Origin: Candidatus Asgardarchaeum abyssi
GTDB lineage: Archaea; Asgardarchaeota; Asgardarchaeia; Asgardarchaeales; Asgardarchaeaceae
NCBI GenBank assembly: GCA_040225955.1
Contig: JBECUL010000009.1
Span: forward strand, 1 to 55,348
DNA length: 55,348 nucleotides
Reading direction: 5' to 3'
Position numbers and translations under genes: made by a program. Shown piece after piece: positions 41,962 to 52,542 of this stretch. The notes beneath the pieces are model-generated. The model was given only the letters and a program-made list of their open reading frames with translations. It was not told the origin of the DNA and searched no databases. The first letter of the stretch is position 1, and every line of letters starts with the position of its first letter.

Positions 41962-43044
41962 ATGAGCCATAGTGCAGTAAGTTCATTGAAAAGAAGGTTG
42001 CTTGAATTAATTAAAAAGGATGACGAGTTTAGATTAGCTCTAATAGGTGCTCTTTCAGAAGGATTTATTACAAGAACCGAATATCGGATTCTTCTCGACG
42101 AATTGAAAAAACTTAGAGAAGACTTTAATAAATATTTAAAAGAGCTTGTTGAAATGCGTAACGAAATTATGGCATTGCGCGAGGACTTCAACAGGCAGTT
42201 CGAGTTACACTCGAAGGCCATTGAGGAGCTTCGTGCGGATACCAACAGCTTACGGAGGGAGATCACGCAATTGCGCGAGGACTTCAACAGGCAGTTCGAG
42301 TTACACTCGAAGGCCATTGAGGAGCTTCGTGCGGATACCAACAGCTTACGGAGGGAGATCACGCAATTGCGCGAGGACTTCAACAGGCAGTTCGAGTTAC
42401 ACTCGAAGGCCATTGAGGAGCTTCGTGCGGATACCAACAGCTTACGGAGGGAGATCACGCAATTGCGCGAGGACTTCAACAAACGATTTGAGTTTCATTC
42501 GAAGGTTATTGAAGAGCTTCGTGATGATTTTAATAAGCGACTTGAAGAGCACTCACGTGAAATTAAGAATCTTTGGACTGAAATTAAGAATCTCAGAGAA
42601 GACATGCAAAAGGGATTTGAGTATGTTCGTAAAGATATCTATCAACTTCATAGACTTGTAACAGTTGTTGGTGGTCGGTGGGGTATAAAAGCAGAAAAAG
42701 CATTTAGAGATGCAATGATAGACTTAGTCAAAGATGCTGTTGGAGCTGAAGTTGAGCGGATAACACTTTATGATGAAGAGGGTATTGTCTATGGTGAACC
42801 CAGTAATATTGAAATAGATTTAGCTATTAGAGACAAAAAACACATTTTGGTTGAGATAAAGTCGAGAATTAGAAAGAGCGATGTGACAGAGCTCTTAAAA
42901 ATAGCAGAAGTATATACAAAAAAGACAAATATTGTACCAGAGCTTGTAATAGTAGCACCCGAAATAGATAAAAATGCGTATGATTTTGCAATTAAGAAAA
43001 ACATAAGAGTCTATTCTATTGCAGAAGAACTATCATCAACATAA
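41962..43044 (+). CDS. Archaeal coiled-coil plus C-terminal PD-(D/E)XK nuclease-like protein (DUF3782/DUF1626-like)
   Basis: LIKKDDEFRLAL start, long heptads, GGRWGIKAEKAFR, EIDLAIRD..ILVEIKS. Confidence 0.85.
   Translation: MSHSAVSSLKRRLLELIKKDDEFRLALIGALSEGFITRTEYRILLDELKKLREDFNKYLKELVEMRNEIMALREDFNRQFELHSKAIEELRADTNSLRREITQLREDFNRQFELHSKAIEELRADTNSLRREITQLREDFNRQFELHSKAIEELRADTNSLRREITQLREDFNKRFEFHSKVIEELRDDFNKRLEEHSREIKNLWTEIKNLREDMQKGFEYVRKDIYQLHRLVTVVGGRWGIKAEKAFRDAMIDLVKDAVGAEVERITLYDEEGIVYGEPSNIEIDLAIRDKKHILVEIKSRIRKSDVTELLKIAEVYTKKTNIVPELVIVAPEIDKNAYDFAIKKNIRVYSIAEELSST
42174..42481 (+). repeat. Perfect intragenic tandem repeat, 96 bp x about 3.2
   Basis: Unit encodes LREDFNRQFELHSKAIEELRADTNSLRREITQ; identical copies; 52 of 96 bases G+C. 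Confidence 0.97.
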
Positions 43045-43109
43045 ATACTTATAAGGGATTGTATGACGTTTTGATATTTTCAAAAATCAAAACTTTTGGA
43101 TGTATCGCC

Positions 43110-43509
43110 ATGAATTCATCTGATAAAATAATACAAGAGCTGAAAAAATCTTGAACTAGAAGAAAATATATTATTCGCATATCTATTTGGATCATTCGCA
43201 CGTAATGAAACACACACCTTTAGTGATGTGGATATTGCTGTTTATCTGAAAAAATACACCGCTGAGGAATACTTAAGGCTTTTTAAAGTTCTGGCCAAAA
43301 AGATAGATTACGATTTTGATTTAGTTGTTTTAAATAACGCTCCTCCTCTATTGAGGCATAAAGTGATCTCAGAGGAGATACTTTTATTTTGTAAGGATCC
43401 AGATCTGCATTACAATTTTGTCTTTTCAACATTAGTTGAGGCTCTGGACTTTAAAGAGACATATAAGATAATTATCGAAGAATATAGGAAGTATCTTCAT
43501 GCTCGTTGA
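43110..43509 (+). pseudogene. Frameshifted MNT nucleotidyltransferase with its HEPN partner essentially deleted
   Basis: ATG 43110 MNSSDKIIQEL, shift, then ILFAYLFGSFARNETHTFSDVDIAVYL...DLVVLNNAPPLL. Confidence 0.75.
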
Positions 43510-43581
43510 AATTATTTTATCCTCGCTAAAAATTAGAAAACACAACCTGAAAGAAAATTGATATTTTTGAGTTATAGCTCA

Positions 43582-43992
43582 TTAGTAGCCCTTATTTTTA
43601 TTAGAGGTGGATACTCTACGCATGATATACTCTTTTGCTAATTTTGATATACGCCATGGATTGAATATACGAACAACAAAAATATTAAAGGATAGTATTA
43701 TAGAATATAGAAGCCAGAATAAAGGATTAATAAGAATATCTTCTGGGACATGAATTAGTAAGAAGGTAAAAAAGCCCATTGTAAAAAAGATAAAGGGTAT
43801 TACTAAAAAGATCACGCAGATATTAAAGTATTGAACAATATCACCAAGCTTAAGAATGTAATGTAGAGGTATTAAACCTAAGATAAAAATACAAGCAAGT
43901 ACAAGAGTAGATAAGCCATGTGTTCCTAAAGGATCAAAAGTAAGCACGATATCGATAAGGTATAAACCAATGACGAATGAAGTTACGATCAT
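43582..43992 (-). CDS. Hypothetical membrane protein (about 4 TM)
   Basis: Hydrophobic ORF; start uncertain. Confidence 0.55.
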   Translation of the reverse strand: MIVTSFVIGLYLIDIVLTFDPLGTHGLSTLVLACIFILGLIPLHYILKLGDIVQYFNICVIFLVIPFIFFTMGFFTFLLIHVPEDILINPLFWLLYSIILSFNIFVVRIFNPWRISKLAKEYIMRRVSTSNKNKGY

Positions 43993-44201
43993 TACTAAAG
44001 TTACGAAAATGAGGCCATGCTCGTTTTCCTCATAGATCCTTAAAACTTCTTGAGGAACCTTCTTTTTAATTTTTGGTCCTACTCTCTCTTAATATAATAT
44101 ATCTCATTATACAGTATAAATTAACTATTGTATGGCATTAAGATTGGAAATGCAAATTTTTAATAGATAAATTTCATAATTGTCATCAAGAGGGATTTTC
44201 A

Positions 44202-44612
44202 TTGAAAGATTTGCAGCAGATACCAAAAGAGGCAAGACATTTACTTAAGAAATTAGATATTTTGAAAAAAGATGATGATATCCTAGCAATTACTCTCTTT
44301 GGAAGTTTTGCCAGAAATGAGCCATATTCGGATATAGATGTCTGCATAGTTCTCAATAGAAAGCTCACAAACCTAGAGATGTCTAGGAAACGCTTAAAGT
44401 ATCAGACTCTCGTAAGTGAGCCTTTCGATATACAGATATTTCAGCAACTTCCATTATACATACGTATGCGTGTCCTTAAGGAAGGAGTATTATATTTCTG
44501 TCGCGATTTAGACAAATTGCACGACATTGCATATCGAACAATAAAGGATTTCGTGTACTTTGAAAGATATTACAGGTACCATCTGGAGGCAATAGTTGAT
44601 GAAAATAGATAA
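44202..44612 (+). CDS. mntA: MntA-like nucleotidyltransferase antitoxin
   Basis: ITLFGSFARNEPYSDIDVCIV, DIQIFQQLPLY..RVLKEG. Confidence 0.88.
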   Translation: MKDLQQIPKEARHLLKKLDILKKDDDILAITLFGSFARNEPYSDIDVCIVLNRKLTNLEMSRKRLKYQTLVSEPFDIQIFQQLPLYIRMRVLKEGVLYFCRDLDKLHDIAYRTIKDFVYFERYYRYHLEAIVDENR

Positions 44613-45030
44613 AGATCGAATTTTAACAAAGTTAAATGAACTGGATTCTTATCTATATGAACTGAGTCAAGTAAAACCGCAGAATCTTAATGAATATAAA
44701 AGCTCAATTTTAATAAAAAGGAGCTGTGAAAGACTGTTGCAAATAGCTATAGAATGTGTTATTGATATTTGTAACATCATAATTAAAGAACTGAGGCTAG
44801 GAGTTCCAAGCGACGAAGACGATATCTTTGAAAAGCTATATAATGTGGGAGTTATATCCAGCAATTTAGTAAATATCTTGAGAGGAATGAAGGGTTTTAG
44901 AAACGTCCTTGTGCATAAGTATGGAGTTGTAAATGATGAACTAGTTTTTGAATTTCTAAGAGATAGAATCGAAGATTTTGAAACATTCAAAAGAGAAATA
45001 ATAAAATTTTTAGAGAGGTCAAACAGTTAA
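44596..45030 (+). CDS. hepT: HepT-like DUF86 HEPN RNase toxin
   Basis: ERLLQIAIECVIDI and an intact RX4HXY motif (RNVLVHKY). Confidence 0.9.
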   Translation: MMKIDKDRILTKLNELDSYLYELSQVKPQNLNEYKSSILIKRSCERLLQIAIECVIDICNIIIKELRLGVPSDEDDIFEKLYNVGVISSNLVNILRGMKGFRNVLVHKYGVVNDELVFEFLRDRIEDFETFKREIIKFLERSNS

Positions 45031-45062
45031 CCCTAAAATATTCTAAATTAGCTATTGATTTT

Positions 45063-45665
45063 TCAGATTTTAACCGTACTGATCACGATTTGATCTTTCC
45101 CGAAGAATAATTTTATAACTTTCCCGTTTTTAGCCTCAAATTTTCGAAAATTATAGAAGTAAGTAACTATGGATGCCAGCATTATACCAAACGGTAATGA
45201 TTGTAGTAGCCTAACTATGAAAATATGCTCATATACCATGTCTGCCGGGAGGATGGATATGCTACAAAGAGAAGATGTTATTACGGCTACGATAAATACA
45301 ATTACCCATAATAAAGCGTACTTTAATCCTAGGATTAGCTCTATTATGTTCTTGAAGGTAAATTTTTCGTTGTTCTGTATAAATTTGTTCAAATCATGCT
45401 TTCCAGTAACGAATCCTACTAAAAGACCTAGAAGACTTATTATTGATGCTATTATTGACGTATAAAAAATGTCATACATTCTCTGATAAAGATTAAGAAG
45501 TATAGGCTCTGTGGTATTGCTCATTAATGCCACTGTATTCTGCAGCTGGATAATACTAATTGGTATTTGTACCACTATCATGAAGAGAATAAATATTCCA
45601 CCATAGTACCCAAATGTAGTAATTCTATATGGTACTAAGGATTTTATTTCTTTGCTTTGGCTCAT
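45063..45665 (-). CDS. Hypothetical membrane protein (about 4 TM)
   Basis: 200-aa hydrophobic ORF with GGTGA RBS. Confidence 0.65.
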   Translation of the reverse strand: MSQSKEIKSLVPYRITTFGYYGGIFILFMIVVQIPISIIQLQNTVALMSNTTEPILLNLYQRMYDIFYTSIIASIISLLGLLVGFVTGKHDLNKFIQNNEKFTFKNIIELILGLKYALLWVIVFIVAVITSSLCSISILPADMVYEHIFIVRLLQSLPFGIMLASIVTYFYNFRKFEAKNGKVIKLFFGKDQIVISTVKI

Positions 45666-45778
45666 ATCTCTATCTCACCCTCATGTAATTATATGCTCAT
45701 TGAAAATATTAACTTTTACCCCTTAATTTATGGTTAATAGACGACTTTTTTTAAAAATTACAGGAGGTATCGTAAACA

Positions 45779-45797
45779 ATAGTAAAAAATTTACTAT
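45779..45797. promoter_or_regulatory. Putative PadR operator 1
   Basis: ATAGTAA-N5-TTACTAT; a near-identical site lies at 46149. Confidence 0.6.
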
Positions 45798-45824
45798 CAA
45801 GAATAAATATTGTGGTGACTTTGC

Positions 45825-46100
45825 ATGAGAAGAGATATAGATGTGAAAAAAGAAAAAATCAGAAATATAATATCATTAGTGTTAATTGTAGTTTTTGCTA
45901 TCGTTTTCGTTACTGGCATCGTGATGATTCCATCTGCGCTGAGAACTCGGACACCCATTGAGATGCTTCATACAATCAGTGGGATTTTAATGGGCTTGCT
46001 GACAATTATCCATATAGTCTTAGAGTTAAGACACAAAATGCAACAGAAAAGACTATTCGCAAAAAATATTGGAAACTCTACAACCAAAGTTCAGAGCTAA
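45825..46100 (+). CDS. Small two-TM DUF4405-like protein
   Basis: FVTGIVM, LHTISG, IIHIVL (conserved-looking His pair). Confidence 0.65.
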   Translation: MRRDIDVKKEKIRNIISLVLIVVFAIVFVTGIVMIPSALRTRTPIEMLHTISGILMGLLTIIHIVLELRHKMQQKRLFAKNIGNSTTKVQS

Positions 46101-46148
46101 ATTGAATTTTCAGAAACACCTTTACTTTTTATATAACTAAATTTATTA

Positions 46149-46168
46149 ATAGTAAGAAATTTTACTAT
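46149..46168. promoter_or_regulatory. Putative PadR operator 2 (autoregulatory)
   Basis: ATAGTAA-N6-TTACTAT directly after TTTATTAA and upstream of padR. Confidence 0.6.
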
Positions 46169-46181
46169 TTCTATTGAAAAG

Positions 46182-46538
46182 GTGATCTGCTTGTGCGAGG
46201 AAATAGGCTTAAAAAACTTGAGAAAATTAGGCATTAAGTACCCAATACCGCCTCCAATTTTGCCGGTTTTTGTATTAAAATTATTGTCTAAAAGACCAAT
46301 GCACGGCTATCAAATTACAGAAGAGTTAGCAAAGTTGTGCAACGCTAAAATGCCCAGGCAAATAGTTTACTTCATTCTGAAAAAATATGAAAATTCTGGA
46401 CTTGTAAAATCTGAGTGGGTGATAGAAGAGGGCTCTAAGCCTAAAAGAAAGTATTTTATTACGGATGAAGGAAGGGTTTTTCTTGAGAAGAGAATTGAGC
46501 ATTTTAAAAAGCTCATAAACTTACTTGAAAAAATTTAA
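46182..46538 (+). CDS. PadR-family transcriptional regulator
   Basis: LKLLSKRPMHGYQI, VY..LKK..GLV.SEW, RKYFITDEGR. Confidence 0.9.
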   Translation: MICLCEEIGLKNLRKLGIKYPIPPPILPVFVLKLLSKRPMHGYQITEELAKLCNAKMPRQIVYFILKKYENSGLVKSEWVIEEGSKPKRKYFITDEGRVFLEKRIEHFKKLINLLEKI

Positions 46539-46600
46539 ATTGTCGTGAGCTCTTTTTAACAGCTACATTGGCGATTCTTATCTATTTGTAATGGAGATAA

Positions 46601-49600
46601 CTAATGTTTATAATTCTCTTTTCTGATTCGTAGCCTTTTTCTTAAATAATTAATGGCAATTACTGATACAGCACCAGTTATGAAAGAAACTGCTGTGAAT
46701 AGAGCCATGGTAAGAATATCTGGCTGCGTGGGTATGCTTTCAAACTCCAGTTCTTTAAATGATATTGTGTACTTATTCGATTCTATGAAGTTTCCTGAAA
46801 GATCATACACTATTATATAAAATGAAACAGAATCTATATCACCCAACTCAGTAAGGACAAGGCAGTATGTTCCATTTCCATAGCTGAGTAGCTTTTCAGT
46901 CCATTTGGACCCGCTTGTGTTTAATACAGCAGTAACATTTGCAATACCAACATTATCACTGACAGTAACATAGACAAAAACAGTTTCATTTTTTATAGGC
47001 TCTGTTGGTGTCCAGTAAACCGATATTATTTCGGGAGGAATGGTATCTGCAATTGCTCTTACAATAATTTCGTACTCCTCCGTTAGCTTGCTAATTTTCA
47101 TAGGATTTTCTGCATATATTTTGAATCTGAATATTCTAGGTTTCAACTTAGAAAATGTGACATAGTACAATCCAGTGTTATTATCATAATCCATATCTTT
47201 GTTAACCCAATCGGAATTTATCAAAAATCTAACTTGCGCCTTTGTAATACCTAAATCATCGGTTATCTTCGCATAAATAGTAACGGTTTGATTTTCATAG
47301 ACCTCTGATGGAAAAGTTATGTTCTCTATTTGTGGCACTGGTGGCGATATAGACTCTTGAGTAAACGTAAATTCTCTTTTGCTCATAGAATACCAGGAGC
47401 CATTATAGTGAAAATCTACCCAGTAGCGAATTGTTGTGTTAATCGGGAAAATAGGGAGTAATGCGAGATTCATAAAGCTTGTTGAATTTAAAACCATATA
47501 AACCCCTTTGGTCTTATTGCCGATTTCGTATCTGAAAATATATTCCGTTAGGAGATCCCTATTCAATATGAAATTCAACACATACACGATAAATTTCTGT
47601 TTTGTGTCTAAAAAGAAATAATCATCCAAGATGAGAATCATGTAAGAATTGATTTCCTCTTCATAGCATACTGGCTTCATGAGCGGATAAGAATCGTTAA
47701 AAGTATACCCAAGCATGTGAACGCTGTCACCAATGTTATTCTTATTGTTATCAGCACCTTTATAGTCGCTCCAGTAGTTACCAATAAATTTCCTATTAAA
47801 TTTAAGCTCTGATAACGAGGTTTCAGAAACCACTTGGTATGTGTTATTTATGAAATTATTAAGGAAAACATACCCTTTGACATTATATTTAAAGTACATT
47901 GCGTATAAATTCTGAATAAAATTACATTCTCTCAGGAATATGTAGCTGGGCTTTTCATTCAAAATACCATATTTTGATTTTATAATTTTCGAGAAGGTCA
48001 TATTAAGCTTCGCATTAAGTAGAAGATATATTCCGATATCTCTACCTTCAATCTCAACAAATCTGGCATTGACGTTCGCTTCGTCGATAGTAATTCCTAT
48101 TTTTGCATTCGTAATTTTCAAACTCTCAATTGTTACATTCTCCACATTCTTGATATACACACCGTATTCATAACCCGATGATTCTGGCGAGTTATCAATA
48201 ATTGAGCTATTACTGATAGTCAATGACTTAATATCCTTTAAGAATAAAGAGTTGAAAGACGAATTTAGAATAGTTACGTTGTCCGCACAGATTATAAGGG
48301 CCTCTATTGCAGTGTAATTTATGAGATTAACGTTAGACACATTAATGTATATTGGAATTAAGTTGTTGTTGATCTTGTTATCAGAAATCTTGTACGTGAC
48401 GACATATTGTAGTGGGACAGAAATATATAACCCACAGTTGGTTAAATTATTACTGATAATCTTAAAGTAACTCATATCGCCGTATTCATGATCTATAACT
48501 ATACCTCCCTCATCTGCGGAATATATTTTGTTATCCGATATAGTAATGTGATCTCCAGATCTTATAAGAATCCCCTTTTTGACATCAAAAATTGTATTTT
48601 CACTTATTGTTTGCCAGCCACTATAAGCCTCAATACCAATAGTAACATCCGATATTGTGTTCGATAAAATAGTAGTGTTAGATCCACACGTTATAATACC
48701 ATTCTCTGCGGTATGAATGGTGTTATGCTCTATACTATGCTCACTACTCATGAGTATATATATACCAAAACCACCGTTTTCGATTAAGGAATCAACAACT
48801 AATGAATTTGAGGTATTTAGTAAGAGAATACTGCCTGCACGAACATCATCTATTACAATATTGTTTCCATTAATGACAATTATTTCTCCAGCATCAATAT
48901 TATTTAAATATACGTCACTAACATCGTGATAAAAGTATATTGGCTTGTCGTTTATGTAATTGTCACCTTTAAAATAGAACGTGGGTTCAGGGTAATCGAT
49001 GGAAATGCTGGTTTTATAAAAGAGATTATCTTCAAACGTAACATTTATGCAATTTTGAAATTTTATGAAAGATCCATTGCCAAAAATAGTGGTCTCTCTG
49101 AAAGTTATATTAGAAACGCCAATAAAGCTCAACAGATTTTTGTCTTCATATTCTCTGGTTTGATATAGTGTCAAGTTCTCAAGAAAGATTAGTCTGGAGT
49201 CAAAGAAAAATAATGTACTATTAAAGAAAACCATATCTGTTACACTAACATTAGATGCGAAGAAAAGGGAGAGCGTGGACTTGTGGAAAATATTGTTATA
49301 GAATATGATTTTTGGGTTAAGATTTCCAGGTTGTAAAGCTATATCAAAGTCAGTTTTATAAAATCTACTATTTGTGATATTTAATGGCAACAACCAGCAA
49401 TTGGAACTAACCGAGAGAATACCATTTATTAATGTACTATTAATAATGCTAATTGACATAAGATCAAGAACCGCTCGGTGAAACATTATTTTAAAGAAAG
49501 AGACATTTCTGTCTACTGTTTTTAGTATAGAATTTTCCATAATAACGTTATCACAATAGCAATAAATAGTAATTATTCTATCCCTAGTTGTGTTAAAAAT

Positions 49601-49846
49601 TAGAGTTGAGTTTATTATCTTAAGGCACCCATAAACGGAAAAGCTATCATTAATTACAACTACAGTATTAACGAATGAAACGTAGTAGTCATGAGCGATA
49701 AGTTTATAATGATCTCCCTTCTCTACGTTGCTCTCGCTATGGTTTTCAATATTCGTGACATATAATAGGATTGAATTGTTTATTACGAGGGATAGTAAGA
49801 TTATCACAAATATAAGGAATATACAAGGCTTTTTTATTTTTCCCAT
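46601..49846 (-). CDS. Large cell-surface parallel beta-helix (NosD/CASH-like) protein with Ig-like domains and a C-terminal TM anchor
   Basis: Signal peptide, Asn-rich repeats, INDKPIYFY, GNYWSDYKG...DSYPL, DTIPPEI, C-terminal TM; ATG 49846. Confidence 0.85.
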   Translation of the reverse strand: MGKIKKPCIFLIFVIILLSLVINNSILLYVTNIENHSESNVEKGDHYKLIAHDYYVSFVNTVVVINDSFSVYGCLKIINSTLIFNTTRDRIITIYCYCDNVIMENSILKTVDRNVSFFKIMFHRAVLDLMSISIINSTLINGILSVSSNCWLLPLNITNSRFYKTDFDIALQPGNLNPKIIFYNNIFHKSTLSLFFASNVSVTDMVFFNSTLFFFDSRLIFLENLTLYQTREYEDKNLLSFIGVSNITFRETTIFGNGSFIKFQNCINVTFEDNLFYKTSISIDYPEPTFYFKGDNYINDKPIYFYHDVSDVYLNNIDAGEIIVINGNNIVIDDVRAGSILLLNTSNSLVVDSLIENGGFGIYILMSSEHSIEHNTIHTAENGIITCGSNTTILSNTISDVTIGIEAYSGWQTISENTIFDVKKGILIRSGDHITISDNKIYSADEGGIVIDHEYGDMSYFKIISNNLTNCGLYISVPLQYVVTYKISDNKINNNLIPIYINVSNVNLINYTAIEALIICADNVTILNSSFNSLFLKDIKSLTISNSSIIDNSPESSGYEYGVYIKNVENVTIESLKITNAKIGITIDEANVNARFVEIEGRDIGIYLLLNAKLNMTFSKIIKSKYGILNEKPSYIFLRECNFIQNLYAMYFKYNVKGYVFLNNFINNTYQVVSETSLSELKFNRKFIGNYWSDYKGADNNKNNIGDSVHMLGYTFNDSYPLMKPVCYEEEINSYMILILDDYFFLDTKQKFIVYVLNFILNRDLLTEYIFRYEIGNKTKGVYMVLNSTSFMNLALLPIFPINTTIRYWVDFHYNGSWYSMSKREFTFTQESISPPVPQIENITFPSEVYENQTVTIYAKITDDLGITKAQVRFLINSDWVNKDMDYDNNTGLYYVTFSKLKPRIFRFKIYAENPMKISKLTEEYEIIVRAIADTIPPEIISVYWTPTEPIKNETVFVYVTVSDNVGIANVTAVLNTSGSKWTEKLLSYGNGTYCLVLTELGDIDSVSFYIIVYDLSGNFIESNKYTISFKELEFESIPTQPDILTMALFTAVSFITGAVSVIAINYLRKRLRIRKENYKH

Positions 49847-50077
49847 GAAATTCCTCCGACAAGAATTTATAAAGTGCAGATGGAAATAATTTATCGATAA
49901 CAATATATTTGCTCAGTAAGGTATATTACTTTTTCCTTTACTTCAAAAAGGAAAGAATCATGATTAGAAGCTTGGAGAAACTAAAAATAATAATATTAGT
50001 AGAATAATAAAGTAATTAATGAACAAGGATGATTTATATTATTATTCTTTCTGTTACTTTCCAAGTGAGGTGTACTT

Positions 50078-51463
50078 ATGGAAATCCGTTTTTTAGGTGC
50101 TGCTAAAGAAGTCACGGGATCCATGCACATGGTTAGTATTGACGATTTTGATATAATTCTTGATGCGGGAAAATTTAGCGGCCCTAGGAAGATCGAAAGG
50201 GAAAAGAATGGAAATTTCTTTTTCAATCCAGAGGAAACTGAACGTATTATTCTGTCGCATTCTCATTTAGATCACAGTGGACGTTTGCCTATACTTATGC
50301 GTCATGGATTTCATGGAAAAATATTTACAACTAGTGCTACCGCTGATGTAATGGATGTTATTCTGAGAGATGCAGCAGAAATTGAGGAAAAGTATATTGA
50401 TATGCTTAGAGAAACCTCGGAAGATGAGACCGTCGAGCCACTATTTACGTATAGTGATGTGAAAGCCATATACTCGCACTTAATAACGTATGACTACTAC
50501 AAGGGATTTAATTTGCGTGATGATATAACAGTCACATTTTATGACGCAGGACACATCCTTGGCTCTGCATTAACGAAATTAACAATCCAAGGCAAAAACT
50601 CTGAGATAAATCTTCTATATACTGGAGATGTAGGCAGACCAGCTATGCCCTTTGTTCGCGATCCAGATATGGTTAAAGATGTAAACTATCTCATAATTGA
50701 AGCCACTTATGGTGATTCACTGCATGAAAGCCTTAATTTAGCAATTGAAAAAATAAAAAGACTTGTGATATGGATTTATAGGCATGATGGAAAACTGATT
50801 GTTCCATCTTTTGCATTAGGAAGGACACAGAACCTCATTTACATACTAAACTATCTTGTGGAACACGGTCATATACCTGTTGTTCCAACTTACATTGATA
50901 GCCCTCTTGCAACAGACATCGTTGATCTATATAGATCACACAAAGAATGCTACGATGAAGAAACCTGGGAATTGATAAACTCTGGAGATAATCCTCTCGA
51001 GTTTAAAGGTCTGCATTTTGTAAAAAGTGATAGTGAATCAAGAGATTTAGACTACCTAAGAGGCCCTGCTATTATTATCTCATCATCTGGTATGTGCACT
51101 GGCGGACGTGTTGTTAGACACCTATATCACTATATCGACAAGAGAAATACCGCAGTGTTGTTCACAGGATATCAAGCTGAAGGGACCTTGGGCCGTGAAA
51201 TTTTAGAAGGTGCAAGGTATATTAAACTATATGGGAAAAGGTTGTCAGTGCGTGCACGAATAGAACAAATTAATGGACTCAGCGCACATGCAGACCAAAA
51301 AGAGCTTCTGAATTACATAAGACATTTAGGGAATATTAAGAAAATTTTCTTGGTTCATGGGGAGAAAAGAGCACTTAACACATTTTCTAAAATTTTGAAG
51401 AAGAACTGTTATGATGTAAAGATTCCAAGCCTTGGCAATGTATGGAAGTTAGAAAAGCCTTAG
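50078..51463 (+). CDS. Metallo-beta-lactamase/beta-CASP ribonuclease
   Basis: FLGAAKEVTGS, SHSHLDHSG, AGHILGS, EATYG, FALGRTQ, SGMCTGG, SAHAD, VHGE. Confidence 0.92.
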   Translation: MEIRFLGAAKEVTGSMHMVSIDDFDIILDAGKFSGPRKIEREKNGNFFFNPEETERIILSHSHLDHSGRLPILMRHGFHGKIFTTSATADVMDVILRDAAEIEEKYIDMLRETSEDETVEPLFTYSDVKAIYSHLITYDYYKGFNLRDDITVTFYDAGHILGSALTKLTIQGKNSEINLLYTGDVGRPAMPFVRDPDMVKDVNYLIIEATYGDSLHESLNLAIEKIKRLVIWIYRHDGKLIVPSFALGRTQNLIYILNYLVEHGHIPVVPTYIDSPLATDIVDLYRSHKECYDEETWELINSGDNPLEFKGLHFVKSDSESRDLDYLRGPAIIISSSGMCTGGRVVRHLYHYIDKRNTAVLFTGYQAEGTLGREILEGARYIKLYGKRLSVRARIEQINGLSAHADQKELLNYIRHLGNIKKIFLVHGEKRALNTFSKILKKNCYDVKIPSLGNVWKLEKP

Positions 51464-51724
51464 CAAAATTCGATTAAAGAACAAAAAATTCTATTTCTTA
51501 CCATAAAGAAAATAGTAGAGCAACCTAACAAAACAAGAGAAAATCTTAAGGAAAAAAGATAGGGCCATATAAATATACGGCCTTTTATAATGCTTGTATG
51601 TTGTCTTGCTAAAAAGTTAATAGCTATAATTTTATATCTATGTTTCTTGAATTAACCTTTTGATGCTGAATATTTGAATGTAATTGATTTTAGGTTGACT
51701 TAATGAATGTTAAACTAATGTGAG

Positions 51725-52468
51725 ATGACTAATATGGAAAGAGAAATTTTTTACTTGACATATTCTAAGGTTGGTAAACTCATTAGCGAGGGTATAACTC
51801 GAGCAATCCTCCCTGTTGGCACGCTTGAAGCTCATGGCCCACATTTGCCATTAGGCACGGACACAATAATCCCTTATGAACTGGCTAAAGTACTGGCAAA
51901 CAAATTAAATGCACTGATACTTCCGCCCATTCCATATGGTGTAGTGACCTCCTTACTTGGTTATCCGGGGAGTATAACAATATCAAAAGAAACCCTTGAG
52001 GCAATGGTTTATGAAATTATAACCAGTTTCAGTAGACATGGCGTTGATACTTTTATTATATTAAATGGACATGGTGGGAACAATGCCGCGTTGGAAAATG
52101 TTGCAAGGCGTTTATGGGTTGAAAGGAAACTAAAAATAATTTTAATTCATTGGTGGATTTTCGCTTCTGATTTAACACTAGAAGTACTTAAAGAACCAGC
52201 TGGTCACGCAGGCATAGATGAAACTGCGGCTATTATTGCAACTCACCCTAACCTAGTTGATAAAGAAGCAGATATAGAGTCTGAAATTTTTCTTCATACA
52301 AAGGGTCTATCAGTATATCCCAGTCCTGGGTCTATTTTCCTTTACGATAAAGAAAAGAAGGGAAAGCCTAAATTTGATGAAGAGCTTGCTAATAAATTCT
52401 GGGTTTCTTTAATCAATTTTATCTACGAACAAGTGTCTCAGATTTTAACTAAGTTGGAACATAGGTAG
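51725..52468 (+). CDS. Creatininase-family amidohydrolase
   Basis: LPVGTLEAHGPHLPLGTD, NGHGGN, GHAGIDET. Confidence 0.9.
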   Translation: MTNMEREIFYLTYSKVGKLISEGITRAILPVGTLEAHGPHLPLGTDTIIPYELAKVLANKLNALILPPIPYGVVTSLLGYPGSITISKETLEAMVYEIITSFSRHGVDTFIILNGHGGNNAALENVARRLWVERKLKIILIHWWIFASDLTLEVLKEPAGHAGIDETAAIIATHPNLVDKEADIESEIFLHTKGLSVYPSPGSIFLYDKEKKGKPKFDEELANKFWVSLINFIYEQVSQILTKLEHR

Positions 52469-52542
52469 CAATAAAACATTTTATAGTATACTTTTAGTAG
52501 ATGAATGGAGTTATGCTAAAAATATAATTACAGAATATAATA

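Noticed and set aside
42174-42481. Tandem repeat as a CRISPR array
   Set aside because: Contiguous identical 96-bp units with no spacers, in frame within a coding gene
41895-42661. Alternative-frame ORFs 41895-42482 (-) and 42146-42661 (+)
   Set aside because: By-products of the stop-poor GC-rich repeat inside the real gene
51725-52468. Creatininase as part of the MtmB cluster
   Set aside because: About 40 kb away with no linkage evidence
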